Shown: positions 8,565 through 16,592 of the stretch, in pieces | Position numbering within the stretch: the first letter of the stretch is position 1 | How the letters are laid out: each line of letters opens with the position of its first letter | Origin: Candidatus Hydrogenedentota bacterium | GTDB taxonomy: Bacteria; Hydrogenedentota; Hydrogenedentia; Hydrogenedentales; SLHB01 | DNA: 64,000 bases | Direction: 5' to 3' | Assembly (NCBI GenBank): GCA_045863335.1 | Contig: BTVY01000012.1 | Span: 64,001-128,000 of the forward strand | Translations under genes and position numbers: made by a program | The notes under the pieces: generated by a model | The model's input: the letters and a program-made list of their open reading frames with translations, nothing else | What the model was told of the DNA's origin: nothing | Database searches by the model: none

Positions 8565-8935
8565 AGCTCGTGGTCGACATGAATCTCTCACCCGGCTGGA
8601 TACCCATTCTCGAACATGAAGGGTGGCCGGCCGTGCATTGGTCTGACGTCGGCGCTCACAATGCCACCGATCGGAGAATTCTGGAGTGGGCACAAGACAA
8701 CGAACATTGCATCTTGACGCATGATCTGGATTTCGGGGCAATCTTGGCCGCGGGAGGTTACAGGAGCCCAAGCGTCGTTCAGATCAGAACACAGAACTTG
8801 GCTCCCGATGCACTTGCAAACCTGATGCTCGACGTGCTCCGGCAGTACGAATCGGAAATCGAAAGCGGCGCATTACTCGTTGTAGACGAGTCCGCATTGC
8901 GGGTGCGCCTCCTCCCATTGAGGGGCAACACGTAA
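8561..8935 (+). CDS. DUF5615 family PIN-like toxin
   Basis: MKLVVDMNLSP...ATDRRILEWA...ILTHDLDFG...RVRLLP; ATGA overlap with DUF433 gene. Confidence 0.9.
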   Translation: MKLVVDMNLSPGWIPILEHEGWPAVHWSDVGAHNATDRRILEWAQDNEHCILTHDLDFGAILAAGGYRSPSVVQIRTQNLAPDALANLMLDVLRQYESEIESGALLVVDESALRVRLLPLRGNT

Positions 8936-9019
8936 TTCACTTGCGCGACGTCTCTCGTGCCCGTAGCTCCTGAATGAAACCCTTGATTAGCCGCCTCTTT
9001 CTGTATTCAATTGTCTCCC

Positions 9020-10996
9020 ATGCACGAACCTCATGCACTCATGCACGTTGTGGCCCTGTTTGGCACGGCCGTGGTTGCGGCCTGGCTGTTTCGGGTCGTG
9101 CGCGCGCCGTCGATCATCGGCTATCTCGTCACCGGGATTGTGATTGGCCCCTCCGGGCTGACACTCATCCCGGAGGAGGAAGTCGCCGGCCTGGCTGAGA
9201 TGGGGCTGGTGCTCCTCCTGTTTACCATCGGGTTGGAACTCTCGCCCAAACCCCTCCTGCGGATGGGCAGGAGCCTGCTCATCGCGGCGGGACTGCAAAT
9301 CGGGGGGACCGCGGCGCTTGCCGCCGGCATTACGAAGGTCCTGACACCTTACGACGTCGTGCCATCGTTGGTGATTGGGTTTGCCGTGGCGCTCAGCAGT
9401 ACGGCGATCGTCCTGAAGCAACTTAGCGACCGCGGCGAAACCGGCACCGGCACCGGCATGATCACGACGGGAACGCTGCTCCTTCAAGACGTTATCGTAA
9501 TCGCCATCATGCTGTTCCTGCCACTCCTGGCTCCCTCGGGGGACGGCGGGTGGCAAGGAGCGGCAATCCGTGGCGGCGTCGGGTTGATTGGCCTTGGGCT
9601 GGCTGCCGTGTTCGGGCGCCACTTGCTTTCCTGGTTTCTGGAGAACATCGTACGCACCGGCGGACGAGAATTGGTTGCCCTGTTCGCGGTTCTAATGGCC
9701 TGCGGCGGCGCCTGGCTCGCGGCCCTGGCGGGATGGTCCCCGGCGCTGGGCGCCTGTGTGGCGGGGTTGCTTCTCGCCGAACTGGACGTCCGGCATCAGC
9801 TCGTGGCCGACATCATGCCCTTCCGCGATGTATTCAATGCGCTCTTCTTCGTAGCGCTCGGCATGAAGGTCAATCTGGGTTTGCCGGTCGAGCACCTGAT
9901 CTGGATCGGCGTGGCCATCGGCGTGATTGTGGTTGGCAAATCCATCCTCACGGCAATGGCCATCCGTATCGCCGGTTGGCCGCTCCGGCCTTCCCTCCAT
10001 GCCGGAATTGGACTTTACACGGTAAGTGAATTTGGCTATGTGCTCGGCATGGAAGCCGCAAAACTGGGCATCATTCCCGCGCAAGTGTTGGGCGCGTTCA
10101 TCGTCTGCGCCGTGGGGACAATGCTCATCGGCGCGGGAATGGTGCCGCTGGCGGGCCCGCTATCCCTGCGAGCAACCCGACGGTTTGGGTCCCCTGACGG
10201 GCCGGGCGCCGCGCTCCCGGGCGAGTCCGGTACCCACCATGTCATTATCGTGGGCTACGGCATCAACGGCCAGAACCTGGCGCGCGTTCTGAGATCGACG
10301 CACATTCATCACACGGTGATCGAAATGAACCCGCAGCTCGTCGCGGCGGCCCAGGAGACGGGCGCCGAGGTGATTGTGGGCGATGCCGAGCGCAAGTCCA
10401 TTCTCGAGCATGCGGGCATCGCTCACGCCCACACACTCGTGGTGGCGATCAACGACCCCGGGTCGACGCAACGCATCGTGTCCGTGGCGCGCAATTTACG
10501 GGCCGATCTGTTTATTCTGGCCCGTACCCGCTTTGTTTCGGAACTGGATGCCTTGTATCAGCTCGGCGCAGACCGCGTGATTCCAGAGGACTTTGAAACG
10601 TCTATCGAGATCGCGGCCCACGTGCTCAAGGAAATGGACATCCCCGACAATATCGTCGAAGCGCAGATCGCCGCCGTTCGCGCGGGCCGCTACGGCATGC
10701 TCCGTGGCAAACCCACGGACCGCGCCGCCCACGAGGAATTGATGCAGGTTCTCCAAGCCACGGTCACTCGCACGCACTACGTGACTGCCGATAGTCATGC
10801 CGTTGGCAAGACAATAGCCGAACTGAACTTGCGCGCTGTGACCGGAGCCTCCATCATTGCCGCCGTCCGCAATGGCACCCCCCTCACCAACCCGGCTCCG
10901 GACTACGTCATGCAGGCAGGAGACGTACTGGTCCTCGTAGGGGCCCACGTCCAGTTGGAAGGCGCGAAGTCGCTGCTCCAAGAGCGCGAAGCGTAG
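9020..10996 (+). CDS. CPA2 (KefB/KefC-like) cation:proton antiporter with TrkA-N and TrkA-C domains
   Basis: LAEMGLVLLLFTIGLEL, LSSTAIVLK, LLQD, FRDVFNALFF; HVIIVGYGING; C-terminal RCK_C-like domain. Confidence 0.92.
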   Translation: MHEPHALMHVVALFGTAVVAAWLFRVVRAPSIIGYLVTGIVIGPSGLTLIPEEEVAGLAEMGLVLLLFTIGLELSPKPLLRMGRSLLIAAGLQIGGTAALAAGITKVLTPYDVVPSLVIGFAVALSSTAIVLKQLSDRGETGTGTGMITTGTLLLQDVIVIAIMLFLPLLAPSGDGGWQGAAIRGGVGLIGLGLAAVFGRHLLSWFLENIVRTGGRELVALFAVLMACGGAWLAALAGWSPALGACVAGLLLAELDVRHQLVADIMPFRDVFNALFFVALGMKVNLGLPVEHLIWIGVAIGVIVVGKSILTAMAIRIAGWPLRPSLHAGIGLYTVSEFGYVLGMEAAKLGIIPAQVLGAFIVCAVGTMLIGAGMVPLAGPLSLRATRRFGSPDGPGAALPGESGTHHVIIVGYGINGQNLARVLRSTHIHHTVIEMNPQLVAAAQETGAEVIVGDAERKSILEHAGIAHAHTLVVAINDPGSTQRIVSVARNLRADLFILARTRFVSELDALYQLGADRVIPEDFETSIEIAAHVLKEMDIPDNIVEAQIAAVRAGRYGMLRGKPTDRAAHEELMQVLQATVTRTHYVTADSHAVGKTIAELNLRAVTGASIIAAVRNGTPLTNPAPDYVMQAGDVLVLVGAHVQLEGAKSLLQEREA

Positions 10997-11092
10997 ACCC
11001 CGCACCGCCTCCCCAACTCCCAAGGGGCAATCCGCGTTCCAAGTTTGCTATGCTGGGGCCGGTGCGATATCGACTGTTGAGGAGCACGCCCG

Positions 11093-12235
11093 ATGGCGCA
11101 ACAGACCTACGATGTAATCGTGCTTGGGCTCGGAGGCATGGGAAGCGCCGCCTTGTATCGCCTGGCCGAGTTGGGCGCGCGCGTCTGCGGGATTGAGCGG
11201 CATGGCATTGCCCACGATCGCGGAAGTTCCCATGGCAACGCGCGGATGTTTCGAAAGGCCTATTTCGAACACCCCTCGTACATGCCGCTTCTCGAGCGCG
11301 CCCACGCCCAATGGCTGAATCTGGAAGAGGCGTCCGGTAAAGATCTCTTCGTTCCGAGCGGGCTTATTCTCTCCGGCGTTCCCGAGTCGCCGCTGATTCG
11401 AGGACTCGATGCCTGCTATGCTGCGCACGAACTTCCGCACCGCAAAATGAGCGCGGAGGAAGCAACACGGGAGTTCCCGCAGTTTGCGTTGCCCGCGGAA
11501 CATGTCGTGTACCACGATCCCGAAGCCGGATACCTCCTGCCGGAAACGTGCATCGAGCAGCATGTCGCGCTGGCGCAACAGCAGGGCGCAGACCTTCTCA
11601 TCCATGAAGATGCGATCGCGTGGCGATCCGATGGCGCGAGCGTTACGGTAACGACGAACCAGCGCGAGATCACCGCGTCCACTCTCGTGTTGACGGTAGG
11701 TCCGTGGGCGGCATCCACGCTGGGCGAATTGGGCGTGTCCTTTACGGTGCTTCGCAAGGTTCAGTTGTGGTACGCGCGGAACGATATGTCGGCTTATCGC
11801 ACCGGGACGATGCCGTGCTTCTACGTGGATACCGACTATGGCGGGTTCTACGGTTTTCCGGCTTTTTCAGAACTGGGTATCAAAATCGCCGAGCACACTG
11901 GGGGCGATCCGGTGGACGACCCGGATCGACTGAACCGGGGACTCGACCCCGAAGACGAGACGAAAGTCCGGCGACTACTGGGAGAGACATTTCCCAACAT
12001 AGACCTGCACCGCACCCAATTCAGCGTATGCATGTATTCGATGACGGCGGATCACCACTTTATCGTGGATAAGCATCCGCGCCACGAAAACGTCATTATT
12101 GCTGCCGGATTCTCGGGCCATGGATTCAAATTCGCTCCGGTGATTGGCGAGGTGCTCGCCGATCTTGCGGTCGACGGAACCACGATGCATCCCGTGGATC
12201 TGTTTAGACTCGACCGATTCGCGCACGTGTTCTGA
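11093..12235 (+). CDS. solA: N-methyl-L-tryptophan oxidase / monomeric sarcosine oxidase family
   Basis: YDVIVLGLGGMGSA, GSSHGNARMFR.AYFE, CMYSMT.DHHF, GFSGHGFKFAP. Confidence 0.9.
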   Translation: MAQQTYDVIVLGLGGMGSAALYRLAELGARVCGIERHGIAHDRGSSHGNARMFRKAYFEHPSYMPLLERAHAQWLNLEEASGKDLFVPSGLILSGVPESPLIRGLDACYAAHELPHRKMSAEEATREFPQFALPAEHVVYHDPEAGYLLPETCIEQHVALAQQQGADLLIHEDAIAWRSDGASVTVTTNQREITASTLVLTVGPWAASTLGELGVSFTVLRKVQLWYARNDMSAYRTGTMPCFYVDTDYGGFYGFPAFSELGIKIAEHTGGDPVDDPDRLNRGLDPEDETKVRRLLGETFPNIDLHRTQFSVCMYSMTADHHFIVDKHPRHENVIIAAGFSGHGFKFAPVIGEVLADLAVDGTTMHPVDLFRLDRFAHVF

Positions 12236-12310
12236 GCGTTCTGGCTCCGAACGCCGAAAAGGCAAACGCGTCGAATCCCCCAGGCGTGCAACAAAATTGG
12301 AGGAAACGCT

Positions 12311-13192
12311 ATGCCCGACAGTGTAATCACGGATGAACAAGTGCGGTTCTTTCGCGAGAACGGCTACTTCATACTGCGAAGCGTCGTCCACGGCGAAGAG
12401 TTTTCCCGGCTGCGCAAGGCCATGGATCGCCTGACGGAGTACGGCAAGCTCGGCGTCCTGGGCGAACCGGACTTTCTCTACGAACCCGGCCCGCGCTCGG
12501 GCACGCGCGTGCTGCGACGGATCGAGTACATCCTGGACAAGACCGACGAAGCGAAGGTGCTGATGGGCCACCCCTTTATTCTGCGGTCCGTAGAGAAACT
12601 GGCGGGGAAAGATTTCATCCCCACGTGGGATTCCCTGGTTACGAAGCTTCCCAAGGAAGGCATCGAGGTCCCGTGGCATCGGGACGCGGACATGAAGTAC
12701 ATGGGCGACACGCCCATCTTCAGTGTGGATTTTTACCTGGACGCCGCCGACGAAGATACGTGCCTATGGGTTCTGCCGGGAAGCCACCGCTGGAGCACGG
12801 CGGATGCGGAACGGGCCGTCGAACGTCCGGGATTTGAAACGAAGGGCGCCAAGCCCATGCTGATGCAACCCGGCGACGTGTTGTTCCACAACATTTTCCT
12901 GTTGCACGGGTCCAAGGAAAACATTTCGAACAAGACGCGGCGTGTAGTGTACTTCGAGTTCCGGACGGCTCACATCGAAGCGGAAAAGGGTCCGCACACC
13001 CCCGAGTACATACCGCTCAAACAACAGATACTCATGGATTGCATCGAGCGGCGGAAGGCCGCGCCGTATGTTTCGAAAGACGAAACGCCGTACACGTATG
13101 CGCCAAGTGCGCCGTGGACCGTGGAACCGGCGGCGGAGCCATTGTCATCGCACCGAGTGCCTCACGAGGATTACTGGCGCGAAGCGAAGTAG
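12311..13192 (+). CDS. PhyH family dioxygenase
   Basis: FFRENGY, WHRD, LWVLPGSH, PGDVLFH..LLHGS..N..RR. Confidence 0.88.
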   Translation: MPDSVITDEQVRFFRENGYFILRSVVHGEEFSRLRKAMDRLTEYGKLGVLGEPDFLYEPGPRSGTRVLRRIEYILDKTDEAKVLMGHPFILRSVEKLAGKDFIPTWDSLVTKLPKEGIEVPWHRDADMKYMGDTPIFSVDFYLDAADEDTCLWVLPGSHRWSTADAERAVERPGFETKGAKPMLMQPGDVLFHNIFLLHGSKENISNKTRRVVYFEFRTAHIEAEKGPHTPEYIPLKQQILMDCIERRKAAPYVSKDETPYTYAPSAPWTVEPAAEPLSSHRVPHEDYWREAK

Positions 13193-13195
13193 CGG

Positions 13196-13624
13196 CTACG
13201 CCGGCTGCGGCAGGATGTACAGCATGACGTAGATCAAGACGCCGGTGATCGACACGTACATCCACACCGGCCATACCCAGCGCGTGATTCGGGTGTGCGT
13301 GTCGAACTTGCCTTGCGCCGCGAAATACACGGCGGCCAGAATGAAGGGCGTCATCAGCGCCGCGAGCGGCGTGTGGCTCAGCAGGATGGCGAAGTAGATC
13401 GCCCGCATGGCGCCCTGTCCCTGATAGCGCGTGATGCCGACGGCGGTGTAGTGATAATAGAGGTAGCAGACCAGAAACGCGGCCGACGCGACGAGTGCGG
13501 CAATCATGATCTTCTTGTGCCGCTCCCGGTCGCCCGACTTGATCGCGCGCCAACCCAGGAACAAGAGTACTGCCGCGACGCCGTTGAGCGACGCGTTGAT
13601 GGTGGGAAGCAAGGGAAGACTCAT
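13196..13624 (-). CDS. DUF420 family membrane protein
   Basis: LPTINASLN, HKKIM, AFLVCYLYYH, ILLSH, WMYVSITG. Confidence 0.9.
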   Translation of the reverse strand: MSLPLLPTINASLNGVAAVLLFLGWRAIKSGDRERHKKIMIAALVASAAFLVCYLYYHYTAVGITRYQGQGAMRAIYFAILLSHTPLAALMTPFILAAVYFAAQGKFDTHTRITRWVWPVWMYVSITGVLIYVMLYILPQPA

Positions 13625-14250
13625 CAGCCCTCGCCCCGGAGCAGCCGGTCGATGTCCTCGCCGAGCCGGTGGGCGTCCGCCTCGTCCATGCCGTCGTAAT
13701 ACCCGCGAATATGGCCTTTCGCATCGATGAGCACGAAGCGCTGGCTATGACCCATGGGCGTCTCCGGCACGCCGACCTTGAACCCCTCTTCGCTGGCCAT
13801 GCGATTGATCTCCTCGATGGGTCCCGTCAGAAAGTGCCACCTCGAGCTATCGATCTCGTGTGTCTTCGCGTACTCGGCAAGAACTGCCGGCGTATCGGTA
13901 TCGGGATCCGTCGAGAAGGAAACGAACTTTACACGGTCGTCGCCCGCGTACTTGTCGTGGAGGATCTTCATGTTCTTCGTCATGACCGGACACGCGCCCT
14001 GGCAGGAGGTCAGGAAGAGATCGGCCACCCAGATCTTCCCGGCAAGCTGGCTGCCCCTGAATTCGGAACCCGTCGAATCGGTGAGCGTGAAATCCGGAAC
14101 GGCCCCCACGTCGTAGAGCGAGTCGGGCTCGATTTGCACTTCCGGGGCGGCCTTTACCGCGGTTGACCGTTGAAGGAGGATGGGCGCAACGCTCAGGGCC
14201 ACGAGGATGAGAGCAAGGACAACGATGAGGGCGATTCTTCGCGAATGCAT
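13624..14250 (-). CDS. SCO family copper chaperone
   Basis: CQGACP (CxxxC), DPDTDTP, HSQRFVLID..GHIRGYY. Confidence 0.93.
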   Translation of the reverse strand: MHSRRIALIVVLALILVALSVAPILLQRSTAVKAAPEVQIEPDSLYDVGAVPDFTLTDSTGSEFRGSQLAGKIWVADLFLTSCQGACPVMTKNMKILHDKYAGDDRVKFVSFSTDPDTDTPAVLAEYAKTHEIDSSRWHFLTGPIEEINRMASEEGFKVGVPETPMGHSQRFVLIDAKGHIRGYYDGMDEADAHRLGEDIDRLLRGEG

Positions 14251-14308
14251 GATACGGTTCCCGGTACTGCTTAAAACACCATATTCGATGCCGCCTCCGA
14301 AGACGGCG

Positions 14309-15202
14309 TTACAAACTGAAGTCTATCACGATCAACATCAACAAGAGCGGAAGGTACAGCACGGACGTCTTCAACACCCGTCGCGCATCGGTCACGGACC
14401 CGCTGCGGACCAGCGGAAAACAAGACGCCAGCATGTAAAGGCCCAGCAGGACCGCCCCGACAAGGTAGAAGTAACCGGAGAGGCCAATGAACGTCGGCAA
14501 CAACGATACGGGGATCAGCACCACCGCGAACCCCACGATCTGCCGGAAGGTGCGTTTACCGGCGGGGTCATCCACCGGCAACATCTTGAACCCGCCCTTG
14601 CGGTAGTCGTCTTTGAAAATCCACGCGATGGAGTAGAAGTGCGGCTGTTGCCACACGAACAGGATCAGAAACAAAACCCATGCGCCCGCTTCGACTTGCC
14701 CCGTCGCGGCTGTCCAACCGCCCATGGGCGGCAGCGCGCCCGGCACCGCGCCGATGAGCGTGTTCAACCAGGACACCCGCTTCATGGGGGTATAAACCAG
14801 CACGTACAGGAACGCGGTGAGCAGCGCTAGAAACGCGGTAATCAGGTTGACCTTCCACATGAGCAGCATCACGCCGCCCAACACGAGGTACTCCCCCATC
14901 AACAGTGCGTGATTCGCCGGGACCGCGCCGGACGGGATGGGCCGGTTTCGCGTGCGATCCATGCGCGCGTCAATGTCGCGCTCGAGGAAATGATTCAGCG
15001 CGCCGGACCCGCCGGAGACCATGGCCACGCCGATGAGCGTGTAGATGAGTCCCTGGAACGAGTCCCATCCATGAAACCCGATGCCGCCCATGAAATACCC
15101 CAAAGTGGCGGTAACCAACACCAACGACGTAATACGCGGTTTGGTGAGGTCCAGATAGGCCCCATAAGGGACAGCACGAAGTCGAACAGCTACTGCGGAC
15201 AC
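14309..15202 (-). CDS. ctaB: Protoheme IX farnesyltransferase (heme O synthase)
   Basis: LTKPRI, ERDIDARMDRTRNRPIPSG, YT.MKR, GAVPGALPP, WQQPHF. Confidence 0.95.
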   Translation of the reverse strand: MSAVAVRLRAVPYGAYLDLTKPRITSLVLVTATLGYFMGGIGFHGWDSFQGLIYTLIGVAMVSGGSGALNHFLERDIDARMDRTRNRPIPSGAVPANHALLMGEYLVLGGVMLLMWKVNLITAFLALLTAFLYVLVYTPMKRVSWLNTLIGAVPGALPPMGGWTAATGQVEAGAWVLFLILFVWQQPHFYSIAWIFKDDYRKGGFKMLPVDDPAGKRTFRQIVGFAVVLIPVSLLPTFIGLSGYFYLVGAVLLGLYMLASCFPLVRSGSVTDARRVLKTSVLYLPLLLMLIVIDFSL

Positions 15203-15418
15203 GGGGAAACGTACCTCGTCTCGTTGAACGTACAGCCAATCACGGTAGAATCCGGCCCACCAGGACAGACCGGAAGCAAGGAGTATAGCGAAAACCCGCT
15301 TCGAAATTCGACAAACCCTTGGTCAGGCAGGAAAACACCGCCGAGTCGCGAACTATTTCACGATATGTGGTCTATTTTTGAGCGTAGATTCTGCAGCCCC
15401 GGTGCCGGTGAAAACCGG

Positions 15419-16204
15419 TCAGGGACGTGGCATGGGGACCCGTTCGCCCTTCTGGACGCGCTTTAATTGGTCCAGTAAGTCCCCCGCGTTTTCCCGGATG
15501 GACCGATTGAAACCGGATTTAGTGTCTACGTGTGACTTGGAGACGTCACGGAGCGCGTCGATGGCTTGATCCAGCGGAGGGTACATGAAAAGGGCCACCA
15601 GTGCGCACTGACACAAAGATTCGCGGGGTCCACCCACGTAGCCCGCGTCTGGTTCGGCGTCGACTCCGACGAAGGCGCGCGACGTTGCCTTCTTGACAAG
15701 TTCTATGTTCCTATCATTGCCCGAGAGAGCCAAATATCCAATCGCCGGCGCCACGGAATTCATGGCTTCGTCGGGAAGATCTGCGGCGGATTCGATTAAG
15801 CCACGAGCGAGTGTTTCAACGCGGACATCCTGCACACCCTTCCATGCAACGGACAAGGCGACCTGTACGACTGGCCAATTGGGTGGATCCTGCGCATACG
15901 CATCGAAAAGCGTCGTGACTATATAGGCTTCTTCATCTGGAGGACGTGGTGATTTGTGCCACGCCGCCATCGCTTGGCGCCTAACCGCGTCCGGTACAGT
16001 GAAGTCTCCCAAGTATATTGCATCATGTTCGTTCGTCGTTTCCTCGTTGAGCGCGAATAGCCTCGGATCGCTCTCCTTCAGCAACATGACTTCCGGCGTG
16101 AATTTTTGGTCGTATTGTGGGGGCGGGGTCTCGCAGTATGCCCATGCACCAATGAATATCGATGCGGCCACATAATTTAACAATTGTCGGGATCGCATTT
16201 GCAT
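15419..16204 (-). CDS. Hypothetical exported protein, probably helical
   Basis: 261-aa ORF with N-terminal signal-like segment; co-oriented with upstream cassette. Confidence 0.65.
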   Translation of the reverse strand: MQMRSRQLLNYVAASIFIGAWAYCETPPPQYDQKFTPEVMLLKESDPRLFALNEETTNEHDAIYLGDFTVPDAVRRQAMAAWHKSPRPPDEEAYIVTTLFDAYAQDPPNWPVVQVALSVAWKGVQDVRVETLARGLIESAADLPDEAMNSVAPAIGYLALSGNDRNIELVKKATSRAFVGVDAEPDAGYVGGPRESLCQCALVALFMYPPLDQAIDALRDVSKSHVDTKSGFNRSIRENAGDLLDQLKRVQKGERVPMPRP

Positions 16205-16317
16205 GGCAAGTCCCCGTTGCGCTTTGCCCGATCCAAGCGAATGTCACACGGCGCTCGAGCTTCCAGTGGTCGTCGTTCCCATTTAATCCTGTGGCGATGG
16301 CTTGAGTTCCAAAGTAA

Positions 16318-16429
16318 TCGCGCGGTCGGCGACCGCGCGAGACTTTGTAGAGAGTCTACTGGCGTGGAGCAGCGTAATTCCTTCCCGTTCCTGGGGTTCT
16401 CTGGAATGCCGCGCTCGGCGAGCGCGGCA
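16318..16429. repeat. Pair of perfect 10-bp GC hairpins with identical GGC loop (REP-like doublet)
   Basis: TCGCGCGGTC-GGC-GACCGCGCGA 16318-16340; TGCCGCGCTC-GGC-GAGCGCGGCA 16407-16429. Confidence 0.65.
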
Positions 16430-16592
16430 GCACGAACGACAAACAAATCACACAACAGAAGATGGCTATCCCGCATGGACCATCAGGTTGGCCACGAGTT
16501 TGGCGAACTCGCCCGGGTTGGGAGGCTGATTACCTTCGGCGAGAGCCGCCTGGCCGTAAGTTAATACAAGAAAATGAATTACGCACAGACAC

